From positions 288,001-352,000 of the forward strand of contig JAWACY010000001.1 of assembly GCA_038896535.1 (NCBI GenBank): a stretch of DNA of 64,000 nt. The letters run 5' to 3'. Below are positions 40,084-50,549 of the stretch, one piece after another. Every line of letters starts with the position of its first letter. Position 1 is the first letter of the stretch. This DNA is from Candidatus Anstonellales archaeon (GTDB lineage Archaea > Micrarchaeota > Micrarchaeia > Anstonellales > J096). The notes below the pieces were generated by a model. The model was not told the origin of the DNA. It made no database searches and saw nothing but the letters and a program-made list of their open reading frames with translations. The translations under genes and the position numbers were made by a program.

Positions 40084-42552
40084 TTAGCAACCCATATCAA
40101 TAAGAGTTTGTTTATCTACTTGCATTCTTCTTGCAGTATTACATAAATTTGTTTTCCAATCACCAGAATAACAATCTTTGCATTCTTTATAAAATGCTGC
40201 ATATAATTTACCAGCTTCTATAGCATCTTTATAATTTGGTAAGTTCAATGCATTTAAAAAAGAAGCAAAATCAGATTGCATGCATGCACTGTTAGATAAT
40301 TTATAAGTGCTGCTGCTAGTGCTTGTACTTCCAGAACTGCCAGTGTTTATTGTTGTTGAACCAACTGAGCTTCTTGAGCCAGTTGAGCCAGTTGAGCTTG
40401 TTGAACTTGTTGAACCAGTTGAGCTTGATAATGTACAGCAAAGATTTCTTGTAGTTATTGACATTTTATCGCAGTTTCCACCAGATTTTAATATATCATC
40501 AAAAATATCAGCAAGTTGAATACTATTTATATTTACTATGCCCATTGCAGTGAGTAAAGCAGTCAATTGCCTTTTTTCTGATTCTGTTGTAGCAAAGCTC
40601 ATTGCTGAAGCTTTTTGATCTGCTTTATTATATGCTTGTTCAAATTTCATTAATAAAATGCATATGCCATCATTTATATCGAATGGGTTATATTCACTGC
40701 CCATGCATTTTTTCACATTATCTGGAAAGCTTGCGTAATCTGATGGTTTATAATCAAAGCTAAAAATACCCAAGCCATCTATTTTGCAAGCATTCCCCGC
40801 ATTACTATTTGTTGAATCGCAATTTGTTCCATATTTTATTGTAATGCTTCCTTGACAGCCAGCTTTTTTATATGCATCATTTAATTGATTTATTAAATTA
40901 TTATCAACATTTATGCCCTTTGAATTATTATAGCTTATGAAGCATGCATCGCCTTTGCTTTTATAATATGCTATTGCTCTTGCTACAACTCCATCAATTT
41001 CATTTGCATCAGCAGCAACATAAACCGCATCAGTAGCTTTGCAAGCATTGCTGTTTATGTTAGAAGAAAGCCCCTTAATAATGGGTGTCGGCTCAGAGAA
41101 ATCAATGCAAAAACTACATTTGTATATAGTTGGCGATTTTGAGCTTATATTTATAATTTCTGGCAAAATTTCTGGTTTAACAACGCTTTTTACTGAATAA
41201 TCCTGTATAGGGAATACAAAAGAGCATAAATCTGCATTATCAGCATTATACCTCAATGCCGGCAATACATTGCCATTTTTATAATCATTCCCTCCAGTAA
41301 TGTTGCTCCCTCCAGTATAGTATTTACTACAAAGGTCAAACCAGACATTAAATCTATATTTTGCATCTTCTATATTTCCTGTTGTTTTATTATAGAGAGT
41401 TAAAGCACAATTATCGCAATCAAAAATGGAGGTTGATTCAAAAAATGGCTGTGGTGCAAATCCCAAAAGGCCTTCTCTAATCAAAGCTGGAAGTATTGTA
41501 AATAACTGCTCGTAAATGGCAACATAATCATTATCACCATAAACACATCTATCTGTTTTTGGCAGATAAACATAATATATGAAAGATGATTTATTGAATT
41601 CTTTATTGATAAATGATATTAATGGCAATACTTCCTGTATCATTATTGCATCTCCACCACAGAATCCATTATCATCTTTTGTTCTACTAAATCTTGAGTC
41701 AATGCCAAAAGCAAAGCCATCTATAGAATTAAGAACTTGTTGATTGCTTGCATAGTTCGATTTATTTAAATAAAATCTTCTGTTTTCATATATCTCATCA
41801 AGAGATATTGATAAGAAAACGCTGCAATTAGGGCAAGCATTTTTTATATCAAGAACTTGTTTCATTACTTTATTGAATGTTGCTTGCTCTTTTTTAGGAT
41901 TTATTTCTGTAGCTACAAAAACTGGACCAAGGCCATTAATTGACTTTGCTATATCAAAAGCATTATCATTTGCAGGAGGGCTTCCATAATAATTTGTATC
42001 TAAGCCATCTTTATTATAGAATGCAAAAAAAGGTATCACATTTGCAGAAAGCATGCAGCCAATATTCTGTTTCGTGCCCAAAGGTCTTGCATAGCCATTA
42101 TTATCCCCAGTTATAAATCTTACTGAATATGTATAGCTATAATTGCAGTAAGCATTTGCTTCATTAAAATCTATTATTTTTGGGCCTTGCGCAAGCCCAA
42201 AAGGCCTTGCTCTTGTTTTTGTTCTGTTTAGTTCTTCCAAAAATTTTTTTACATCACTAAGATTTGAGGCATTCATTGTGAGAAAAGAACAATTTCCATT
42301 TACAAGAGATGTATCAGTAAAAAAGAAAAACCTCCTTGCAGTTTTATTGGTACAAGCGAATAAATAACATAAATTATCAGATGTGGGTTGAGCAATAGAA
42401 ACATTTAAATTATCATAGATTGTTTGTGCTAAATAATTTTCTCCAAATAGCCTTGCTTCTCCTTCTATTGTTGTACAACCGAATAAAAATAATAATAGAA
42501 TAATTACCGAATATTGCAATTTATTCATAACATTCATAATGATTTTACCCAT
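40084..42552 (-). CDS. Large exported Cys-rich protein with glycoside-hydrolase-like N-terminal half and degenerate SLT/lysozyme-like domain
   Basis: LFLFGC N-terminus; AADANEID..VARAIAYYKS...GLGIF...NPFDINDGI pattern; Ser/Thr/Gly tract. Confidence 0.6.
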   Translation of the reverse strand: MGKIIMNVMNKLQYSVIILLLFLFGCTTIEGEARLFGENYLAQTIYDNLNVSIAQPTSDNLCYLFACTNKTARRFFFFTDTSLVNGNCSFLTMNASNLSDVKKFLEELNRTKTRARPFGLAQGPKIIDFNEANAYCNYSYTYSVRFITGDNNGYARPLGTKQNIGCMLSANVIPFFAFYNKDGLDTNYYGSPPANDNAFDIAKSINGLGPVFVATEINPKKEQATFNKVMKQVLDIKNACPNCSVFLSISLDEIYENRRFYLNKSNYASNQQVLNSIDGFAFGIDSRFSRTKDDNGFCGGDAIMIQEVLPLISFINKEFNKSSFIYYVYLPKTDRCVYGDNDYVAIYEQLFTILPALIREGLLGFAPQPFFESTSIFDCDNCALTLYNKTTGNIEDAKYRFNVWFDLCSKYYTGGSNITGGNDYKNGNVLPALRYNADNADLCSFVFPIQDYSVKSVVKPEILPEIINISSKSPTIYKCSFCIDFSEPTPIIKGLSSNINSNACKATDAVYVAADANEIDGVVARAIAYYKSKGDACFISYNNSKGINVDNNLINQLNDAYKKAGCQGSITIKYGTNCDSTNSNAGNACKIDGLGIFSFDYKPSDYASFPDNVKKCMGSEYNPFDINDGICILLMKFEQAYNKADQKASAMSFATTESEKRQLTALLTAMGIVNINSIQLADIFDDILKSGGNCDKMSITTRNLCCTLSSSTGSTSSTSSTGSTGSRSSVGSTTINTGSSGSTSTSSSTYKLSNSACMQSDFASFLNALNLPNYKDAIEAGKLYAAFYKECKDCYSGDWKTNLCNTARRMQVDKQTLIDMGC

Positions 42553-42736
42553 AATGATATTTAAAAGTTAAAAATAAAAAACCAACTTAAATAAACATAA
42601 ATTAAATAAACACGGTCAGAAGGATTTAAAAGTTATTGAAAACATTTAAAAAAGTTATTGTAAAAGATAATGATAAGAACATTTAAAAACACTTTCTATT
42701 TATTATATAAATAAAGAGAAAAATAGAGGTAGGAGC

Positions 42737-43456
42737 ATGGGCAGGAGAAAAATAAAATTTAATGCTGTCGAGGATAATGTTATTAAAAAATTAAATGAAC
42801 GCCAAACAGCATTAAAGCAGAATAACAATCAATTAACATTTGCTAAGCTTGCTGAGCAGTTATTGAAGATTCAAGGGCAAGCAAAGCAGGCTTATAAAAA
42901 CCACGGCAGAGCAGAATTGTCAAAATTTGGTCTTTTGACATTGCAAGAAGCATATGATATGCTAAGGCAAAATGGAATAAATATAACATTTAGAGCATTC
43001 TCAGGCAGGATAGAGAGAAAAACTATACCAACAATAATAATAGGAAAAAGAAGATACTTATCAAAGGATGTTGTTGCACACATGATAGATCTGAATAACA
43101 AATTTTACAAAATAAGAGAAGCTTATGAGTTATATAGTTCAGTCAAACCAATCAATTTCAGAGCGTTTTTGGGCAGAATAGAAAAAGGAGCAATCCCTTC
43201 AGTAAAAATAGGGCATACAAAATACATTCCAAAAGAGGTTATAGAAACATTTTTGCATGTTGGAAAGAATTATTATACAGTAAAAGAGGTTGTTGATGAA
43301 TTGAGAAAGTTAGGGGTAAATATTAAAAGAGCGACAATTGAAAGAAGGCTTGACAGGGGCTCAATACCATTCCATAAAATAGGAGGAAAAAGATACATAC
43401 ACAAAGATGTTGCTAATGAATTAATAAATTATGAATTATCAAAACAGAAGAAATAA
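42737..43456 (+). CDS. DNA-binding protein with three tandem excisionase/MerR-like (HTH_17) domains
   Basis: Three repeats of (T/K)..EA/EV...(I/L).(R/K)G.IP..(K/I)IG..(R/K)Y(I/L).K(D/E)V; GAGGTAGGAG SD. Confidence 0.8.
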   Translation: MGRRKIKFNAVEDNVIKKLNERQTALKQNNNQLTFAKLAEQLLKIQGQAKQAYKNHGRAELSKFGLLTLQEAYDMLRQNGINITFRAFSGRIERKTIPTIIIGKRRYLSKDVVAHMIDLNNKFYKIREAYELYSSVKPINFRAFLGRIEKGAIPSVKIGHTKYIPKEVIETFLHVGKNYYTVKEVVDELRKLGVNIKRATIERRLDRGSIPFHKIGGKRYIHKDVANELINYELSKQKK

Positions 43457-43532
43457 GTTTATGTGTTATAAAATTACTTCTTGGCTTCTTTTCTTGGGCT
43501 GAAATTACTAATGGCAATTAATATATTTATGT

Positions 43533-43790
43533 TTAATATTCAAAATCTGGTTCTATTTTCATCCAAGTGCCATTTATAAATGCCCATAATGTCTTAGTAG
43601 TTGAGTCATAAACAAGGTTTTGTTTGTTTGCTATTTCTATGCCTCTGTCTATCTCTATGAATGGATATCTATAAGCCCATGAAAATTTCTCTCTAAAGAT
43701 GTTTGGCTCTATTAAGGCTAATCTTTTTGTTTCTTCTTTTCTCCTCTCGCAGTATGCAATAACTTCCTCAATCTCATTTTTTGGAGGCAT
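43533..43790 (-). CDS. Small hypothetical protein
   Basis: 85-aa ORF with plausible globular composition. Confidence 0.65.
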   Translation of the reverse strand: MPPKNEIEEVIAYCERRKEETKRLALIEPNIFREKFSWAYRYPFIEIDRGIEIANKQNLVYDSTTKTLWAFINGTWMKIEPDFEY

Positions 43791-43837
43791 AATAATATAA
43801 TAGAAAGCTTTTTATAAATAAATGATTAAATAAGATT

Positions 43838-44674
43838 ATGGTAACTCAAAAAACAGCATTTTATGCATCAATTGGTTTAGGCATATTTGGTGTTTTTGCA
43901 GCGCTTGCAGCTGGAGGAGGAATAATAACAATCATAGGCCTGTTTTTTGCAGCTCTTGGGATAATAGGAAGTGTAGCATTCTATAAATATGGTTACATGT
44001 TAGTTCCATGGCTTACGCAACAAACAAAAACTGTATTCATTACTTCTGATGGATATGAAATACCTCCAAGCCAGGATGTAATAATAAAAAAAGGTGAGAA
44101 TGGAGTTTATTATGCAACAGCATTCCTCGGATTAAGACTTTATCAATCTGCTGTTGAAATGACAGAAGAGCAGTTAAGAGCTTATAACACGCTTTTTGAA
44201 CGGGCTATGTCTGGATTTAAAAAAGTTGTGAAAATTGGCTATATAATGCATGCTGTTGATATAGCAGAAAAGAAAAGAGATTTAGAAAGTAAAAAGGCAG
44301 AGGCACAATTAAGATTGCAAAGAGAAAGAGAAAAGACTGAGCCAGATCCATTAAGGATTGAAAGGTTTGAAAGAGAAGTATCATATTGGAGTGCACAAAT
44401 AGATAAATTAACAAGGGGGCTAAGGCCAATGAAAGTTGTTTTGTATGCAATGACAACAGATGCTGGAATAACAAGAGATGAAGCAATAGCAAGAGTAAAT
44501 AATAATGTGTCTGAGCTAAGAACATTATTGAGCAATTCATTGAATTGCGAAGTTGTAAGGCTTGTTGCTGATGAGATGATGACTGCTTTTGAGTGGGAGA
44601 GATTTTTGCCTTTAACACCAGAAGATATAGAAGCAAGGGTTGAACTTGAAAAATCAGGGGGTATGCAAATATGA
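43838..44674 (+). CDS. Two-TM plus coiled-coil protein coupled to the ATPase (VirB3/PrgI plus VirB4 N-terminal-like)
   Basis: Two N-terminal TMs, alpha/beta region with helical hairpin; ATGA overlap with the ATPase. Confidence 0.6.
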   Translation: MVTQKTAFYASIGLGIFGVFAALAAGGGIITIIGLFFAALGIIGSVAFYKYGYMLVPWLTQQTKTVFITSDGYEIPPSQDVIIKKGENGVYYATAFLGLRLYQSAVEMTEEQLRAYNTLFERAMSGFKKVVKIGYIMHAVDIAEKKRDLESKKAEAQLRLQREREKTEPDPLRIERFEREVSYWSAQIDKLTRGLRPMKVVLYAMTTDAGITRDEAIARVNNNVSELRTLLSNSLNCEVVRLVADEMMTAFEWERFLPLTPEDIEARVELEKSGGMQI

Positions 44675-46254
44675 CAGCAGCAAAGGTTCCTGCAGGTAAG
44701 CTTACAATAACTGAAACAACAAATGTTGAAATTGGAAGGAGAAATATTTTGCATCATCCACCAGAGCCACCGCCAGAGTTTATCATGGCAGATATAACAA
44801 ACGGCATATATATAGGCAGAACAGCTGAATTAAATGCTCCATTCTTTTGGGCTCCAAAGTTTACAACAAACCCGCATATAGCTATTGTAGGTATTTCTGG
44901 TAGCGGAAAATCATACTTCATAAAGACTTTCCTTGTTAGAGCAAGCTTTGTCTGGAATGCTAATGCAATAATAGTTGATTGGGCTGGAGAATATAAAGAT
45001 TGGGTCTTAGAGACCGGAGGGAAGTTAATAGCATTGGGTAAGGGCAATAATCTTAACTTGCTTGATCTTGGAGGGATGAGGCCATATGACAGGATAAAGC
45101 AAGTCATGAGAACTCTGGAGTTGCTTACAGATATTGCCCAGTATCCTGAACAAAAAAGATTGACAGAACAAGCAATAGAAGAAGCATATGTAAGAGCAAA
45201 ATTTAAACTTGATTCAAGAGAGCAAAAAGATGAGCTTGGAAATGTACTTGAGCCACCAACATTAAAAGATGTTGTCAAAATACTTGAGGAATTAAGGCAA
45301 ACAGGAGCTTATGAATACCCATCTGAGCTTGAAAATTCTATTCATAGGCTGAAGCAGTTTACAAGACAAGGGGAAGATTATTTCGCGCAAAAGAGCACAA
45401 TAAATTTAGATGAAATTGTTTCCTCTGGCTTGGTTGACCTTGATTTAACTGGCTTGCCAGATGAAACAATGAGGGCTTTGGGAGCATTAACAGTTTTACA
45501 ATTTATTAAAGAAAGAATGCGTCTTGAAGGCGCGCAAGAAGTTAAAGGCATAAAGCTTATAACAGTTGTTGATGAGGCATGGAAAATTGCAGGAGAAGAA
45601 AATTCTGACATAGTCATGATAGTAAGAGAGGGAAGAAAATATAACTTTTCTTTGATTGTTGCGAGCCAAAACCCAACCGATATTAGTAAGAGCATATTTA
45701 GCAATGTTGGCACGACATTTATATTAAAAACTAAATTCGAAACATTTCTCGATTATTTGCAAGGCAGCTTGAGATTTAGCAATTACATGAGAGAAAAAAT
45801 CATGCAGTTTGGCGTTGGGCAAGCCTGCGTTAACATGGCTTTTCATGTTCCATTGCAGTTTTCACAAACATTCATAATAAATAAAATCGAAGGCGAAGAG
45901 CCTATTAAAGATTTCTTCTTAACATTCGAAGGAATAGAAGGTGTTACTATGGGATTTGCAATATCAATAAAGAAAAATGAATTTAGAGATACGCTAAGAA
46001 AAAAGCTTGGGTTAAATGAAGAAGAAGTACAAGCAATAACAGCAAAATTTGAAAAATTATCTAGGAGAATGAATGTTGTTGATTTTGTTATCGAGCTAGA
46101 GCTAAAAAATGCACAGAGGAAAAGAATAGTAGATTTGCTCAAAGAATGGGGTGTTGACGATGCAACAATTATTAATATATTCACAAAAGTTGATTTTAAG
46201 AAAAGCGGTCAAAAAGGCAGCTTGCCAGTAAGGCTCTTAGTTAAAAAAGAATAA
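44671..46254 (+). CDS. VirB4/HerA/FtsK-superfamily ATPase
   Basis: NPHIAIVGISGSGKS (Walker A), IVDWAGEY, VVDEAW (Walker B), REGRKY, ASQNPTD. Confidence 0.88.
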   Translation: MTAAKVPAGKLTITETTNVEIGRRNILHHPPEPPPEFIMADITNGIYIGRTAELNAPFFWAPKFTTNPHIAIVGISGSGKSYFIKTFLVRASFVWNANAIIVDWAGEYKDWVLETGGKLIALGKGNNLNLLDLGGMRPYDRIKQVMRTLELLTDIAQYPEQKRLTEQAIEEAYVRAKFKLDSREQKDELGNVLEPPTLKDVVKILEELRQTGAYEYPSELENSIHRLKQFTRQGEDYFAQKSTINLDEIVSSGLVDLDLTGLPDETMRALGALTVLQFIKERMRLEGAQEVKGIKLITVVDEAWKIAGEENSDIVMIVREGRKYNFSLIVASQNPTDISKSIFSNVGTTFILKTKFETFLDYLQGSLRFSNYMREKIMQFGVGQACVNMAFHVPLQFSQTFIINKIEGEEPIKDFFLTFEGIEGVTMGFAISIKKNEFRDTLRKKLGLNEEEVQAITAKFEKLSRRMNVVDFVIELELKNAQRKRIVDLLKEWGVDDATIINIFTKVDFKKSGQKGSLPVRLLVKKE

Positions 46255-46269
46255 AGGAAAGGTGGTAAA

Positions 46270-46776
46270 ATGGATTTAGATATAATAACTGGAAAAGAAG
46301 TTAATAAAGGATATAGAGTTAAAGAAGACATTGTAATAAGAACTATTGCATGGATTAAAAAGAAAGCAGGCTTATATCAGGGAAATAATTTATATGTTGC
46401 AGAAGAATCGCTTGAAGAATACAAAAAAAGAAGGAGCAGGTTTGAGAGATACGCAATTTTTGGCACTATTTTTGTTTTTGTAGTGCTTGTTTTTTCTATC
46501 TTACTCCCAATTACTTCAGGGGATTATCAAAAGATTATTTCAAATATTGTTGCAGTCTTAGGCCTTACTTTTGTTACTTTCTTTCTTGTATTATTCTCTT
46601 ACATGCCAGCAATAGAAGATAAAATAACAATAATAAGGGAAGAAAAGAAAAAGGAGGAGAAAGAAAATAAAGAGGCTGATGAATTAAAAAAAGAGGCCAA
46701 AGAAAGGGAAATTAAAGAGAAAGAGGAGAAAAAAGATATAAAAGAGAAGAAAACATATAAGAGGAGAAAGAAATAG
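46270..46776 (+). CDS. Two-TM membrane protein with charged tail
   Basis: GGTGGT SD; two TMs; Lys/Glu-rich C-terminus. Confidence 0.75.
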   Translation: MDLDIITGKEVNKGYRVKEDIVIRTIAWIKKKAGLYQGNNLYVAEESLEEYKKRRSRFERYAIFGTIFVFVVLVFSILLPITSGDYQKIISNIVAVLGLTFVTFFLVLFSYMPAIEDKITIIREEKKKEEKENKEADELKKEAKEREIKEKEEKKDIKEKKTYKRRKK

Positions 46777-46785
46777 GTTGATTGA

Positions 46786-47490
46786 ATGGAGCCAGAAATA
46801 ATAACATTAACATTAAAAGTAATTAAGCAAGCAAATATTAACGATGTTTATAATGTAATATCTTCATTATCAGGATTTAAGATATATAAAACACAGAAAG
46901 CTGTTTATGTAGCAATTGTTGAGAAAGAAGATGTTGAAAAAAGGCCTACGAAATTTATTATTGTCGAATTTTTGCAGGATTCAATAAATATGCATTTTAC
47001 CGTTTCAGAAGATGAAAGTTCTTCTATAAGAAAGCTCGAAGTAATTTCGAAAGCCCTGCCAATAATAGAACTTGTTTTAGATAGCTATTCATTGTCAATC
47101 AAGCCCTTATTATCAATCGTTGATTCTGCACTTACTGAAATGTTGCATAAATTTACGAGAGAGATGAAAGATGTATTAATAGAGAACGATAGACTTAGGG
47201 ATAAAATAGTAGAGCAAAGCAGCAAAATAAAAAGGCAGGAAGAGCAAATTAAAGAACTGACTTCAAAGCTTTATGAAATAAACTCAGAAAATGCTGAATT
47301 AAGGCTTAAGCTTGGCAAATATGAAAAGCCGAGCCAAGAGGCATTAGAATCAATGTTGATGGATTGGATTAAAGAGCACGGCGGCACGATAGATATAGCT
47401 GAATTCTCCAGAATAAACAATGTTCCTATTTCAAGGATTGAAGATACTCTTAACGGGCTTGTTAATAAAGGTTTCATAAAGCCGCTGTGA
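46786..47490 (+). CDS. Coiled-coil protein with C-terminal winged helix
   Basis: Heptad region then WIKEHGGTIDIAEFS..NNVP..RIED.LN.LVNKGFI. Confidence 0.72.
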   Translation: MEPEIITLTLKVIKQANINDVYNVISSLSGFKIYKTQKAVYVAIVEKEDVEKRPTKFIIVEFLQDSINMHFTVSEDESSSIRKLEVISKALPIIELVLDSYSLSIKPLLSIVDSALTEMLHKFTREMKDVLIENDRLRDKIVEQSSKIKRQEEQIKELTSKLYEINSENAELRLKLGKYEKPSQEALESMLMDWIKEHGGTIDIAEFSRINNVPISRIEDTLNGLVNKGFIKPL

Positions 47491-47494
47491 TATC

Positions 47495-49999
47495 ATGGCA
47501 AAAAGATTTGCTATAAATAAAGATTATAAGTATATAAAGAATTTTAAAATTGCGCAAAGGTCTTTTATTGATAATTTATTGGATCAATTTAAAACAAAAA
47601 AACCAAAGCAAGAGAAAGTAAAAGAAATAAAAGAAAAAGTGCAAGTAAAAGGTATTGACATAATGCTAATGAAGGCACTTCCACTATTGATATTTTTGGG
47701 TTTAATAGGTTATTTTTATATAACATTCCAAAACATCACTGCATCATTGGCAGAACAACCAGTAATTGGAGAAGAAAAAATAAAATTTCCAGAGATAAGG
47801 AAAGCACTTTTTATTGATTATGGGGCCAGAGATAATAGGATATATGCTGCTCTTATAAACCTATACCTTCCTGAAGAAAAGATATACACTATTCATCTAT
47901 CTAGAATGATAAGACCATTTACAGGCAATATTTTCATTTACTCAGATGATATATACCCAAAAACAGAAGATACATTAAAATTCATAGAAACTCTTGAAAA
48001 AGAGCTAAATAACAAAGGTTTTGTTGTCCAGAGAATTTATTCAAAAGAGCAGTTAAATTACATTGACAGCAACAGCATTTTTGTTTTGCCTTCTGATAAG
48101 TTACCTGCAAATATAGAGAATTATTTTGATAAGATGAGTGAGAAGGGCATAACAATATTAATAATAAGCTCTACTCCAACAAATGAGCAGATAGAACTTG
48201 GTATAAGGGATATAACATCTTACTGGGCATCAAAAGATATTAGATTTATTCCATCAACATTTAAACCATCTGGCATGAAAATGTATCAAGCTTTTTATTA
48301 TGTTGACAAAGCATCTTTGATAAATGGAGGGGCTTCATATATACTGACTAAAGGTGGGGATGAATTTATTTTTATTCCAGGCTCTGTTGGGGATACAATA
48401 ACAAACCATTGGAGAAACAGCCAAGAAGCTGCTCTGGATACAGCAAATATAATAATTGAGTTCGTAAAAGGGTTAAGGGAATATAAAAAGGAAGAAGGAG
48501 AAAGATTAGTCCCGGATGAAATATTATATAATTTACCTAATGGAAGCCATTATGTATTAATTGAAAACAATGATAAAAATAAAAGTGCCCTTAATGTTTT
48601 ATTAACAGCAGATTTAGATGGCAATACATTTTTTTACAAGCCTTTGACTGTTGTTAAAGATTATAATGGCTACATTTATCCTAATGAGCCAATGCCAATA
48701 TTGCCATTTTATGTCAGGAATGTGCCAATTGTATTTGAATACCTCCCAGATCCTGAGCAGGCATTATTTTCATCAATAGGATTAAAATTAGTAAATGCAA
48801 ACAATCAAGTTGTTGATAATGTGACATTAGCACAAGGAAGCCAAGTTCCACTTAATAGCATATCAACAGTTCAATATATAAATAAGGATTTAAATGATAC
48901 TAGGTATTTAATAGAACTTGTTGATTTAAGAAAAAACACTGTTTATTCAAGATCTGTATTAGAACTTGGAACTCTTGAAATAAGGCCAGAGCCTAAATTT
49001 GATGAAGGCAAGATAACATTTTATTTTGAAATAGCAGGAAGGCCGACAAAAGTTGGTAATGTTGTTTTATCTTTGGTTGGTGGTGATTTTACTGCTGGAA
49101 CTAGAAATAGCGATAGGATAACAATAGATATGTCAGGTTATTATGGAGGAGCAATACCAGCAGGCAATTATACTTTTAAGTTTTCAATAGAGGGGCTTGG
49201 GCAAAGAGAAGTAAATATATATAATCCCCCAAAAATAGGCATATCAAGGCTTTTTAGCATAGAAAGAATGGCATTAATTTTAATTGCAGGCATTATATAT
49301 GCTGTTGGCATGATGGTAAAAAGAGCAGAAGAATTGCCATACAATATAGATATCCCAGATTTTGCCCCAGTTGAATACACAACATTGGAGTTAAGCAAGG
49401 AAGAAATAAAGAAGGCATTTGAAGTAATAAGCGATTATTATAAATGGAAATACATACCGTTAAGGCTTGAAGAGATAAAGAGGGGCATATCAATGATGCT
49501 AGGCAGAAAAGACCTTGTCATTAATGATTTTAATCTTGAAATTGTTTTGGGTAATCTTGAAAGAGACGGAATAGTAAAAGAGGAATCTGGATTTTATGTA
49601 TTAACAGAATGGCTGAAATCTGGTTTTACAATACAGCAATTGATAGCATTTAGGTTGATAAGGGATGCTGCAATAGCACATGCTTTGCCATTCAAAAATA
49701 TAACAAGGGCCCTTCCACATACCAAGGTTACATTTCCATGGCAGGAGATGTGGATTTATTTATACAGCTCATTAGATAAAGAAAGGATAACTGATGCAAT
49801 ATTAAATAATGTCGGAAAAACAGAAGCATTGCAAATAATACTTGTTCCAGATGAAAGGGAAGCATATACATTTCACACACTTTTAAGCAGTGGGCGGAAG
49901 AAAGATTCTCTTATTAAAGCTTATATAGATAATGGCATTATATTTTTATTCACGACACAAGAATTAATAGATAAGATAGAACAACTTAGTTTGTCATAA
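47495..49999 (+). CDS. Large membrane protein (two TMs, big extracellular region, cytoplasmic wHTH-like tail)
   Basis: 834 aa; TMs near residues 60-80 and about 590-610; last gene of the ATPase operon. Confidence 0.75.
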   Translation: MAKRFAINKDYKYIKNFKIAQRSFIDNLLDQFKTKKPKQEKVKEIKEKVQVKGIDIMLMKALPLLIFLGLIGYFYITFQNITASLAEQPVIGEEKIKFPEIRKALFIDYGARDNRIYAALINLYLPEEKIYTIHLSRMIRPFTGNIFIYSDDIYPKTEDTLKFIETLEKELNNKGFVVQRIYSKEQLNYIDSNSIFVLPSDKLPANIENYFDKMSEKGITILIISSTPTNEQIELGIRDITSYWASKDIRFIPSTFKPSGMKMYQAFYYVDKASLINGGASYILTKGGDEFIFIPGSVGDTITNHWRNSQEAALDTANIIIEFVKGLREYKKEEGERLVPDEILYNLPNGSHYVLIENNDKNKSALNVLLTADLDGNTFFYKPLTVVKDYNGYIYPNEPMPILPFYVRNVPIVFEYLPDPEQALFSSIGLKLVNANNQVVDNVTLAQGSQVPLNSISTVQYINKDLNDTRYLIELVDLRKNTVYSRSVLELGTLEIRPEPKFDEGKITFYFEIAGRPTKVGNVVLSLVGGDFTAGTRNSDRITIDMSGYYGGAIPAGNYTFKFSIEGLGQREVNIYNPPKIGISRLFSIERMALILIAGIIYAVGMMVKRAEELPYNIDIPDFAPVEYTTLELSKEEIKKAFEVISDYYKWKYIPLRLEEIKRGISMMLGRKDLVINDFNLEIVLGNLERDGIVKEESGFYVLTEWLKSGFTIQQLIAFRLIRDAAIAHALPFKNITRALPHTKVTFPWQEMWIYLYSSLDKERITDAILNNVGKTEALQIILVPDEREAYTFHTLLSSGRKKDSLIKAYIDNGIIFLFTTQELIDKIEQLSLS

Positions 50000-50419
50000 A
50001 TTCATATAACCAACAAAAACAAACTTCTTTGGAAGCTTCTTGTGAAGGGGAAAAAGAAAAGCTGGGCTTAGTTAATAGAAAAGAATAAAAAATAAAAGAA
50101 GAGTTAAGATTAAGAAGAGCAGAAATTATAATAAAACAAAACAAAGACAAAATATCAAGTGAAAACAAACAAAAGAAATACAAGCTAAATTAAGCGCAAC
50201 AAAAGATGAAGAAGAGAAAAATACATTAAGGATAATAGTAATAATAGAATGTAAATCCGAAGAAGAAATTCCAAAAGCCTTAAAAGAGTTAATGAAAAAC
50301 TTCAATGAAAATCTTATAGAAGATAAAAAAAGACAATCTTGATGAAGAGAAATTAAAAGCCATAATAAAAGTCATTGAAAATTATTATCAAAATATATTG
50401 AGCTTCTATATTCCTTGTG
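50000..50419 (+). pseudogene. Possible decayed coding remnant
   Basis: About 420 nt of purine-rich Glu/Lys-codon-like sequence broken by stops in an otherwise gene-dense region. Confidence 0.35.
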
Positions 50420-50468
50420 ATGTAATTGTGATGTTGTGATTTAATGTTGTGATTTAATTGTGACGTAA
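50415..50468. repeat. Five tandem TTGTGA-containing repeats
   Basis: ttgtgatgtaa-ttgtgatg-ttgtgatttaatg-ttgtgatttaa-ttgtgacgtaa. Confidence 0.8.
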
Positions 50469-50549
50469 TCCGAAATTATAAATTATATAAATTATAAAAA
50501 TAAAAACAGCATATAAATAATTAAAAACCATTATTTGGGAATACATACA

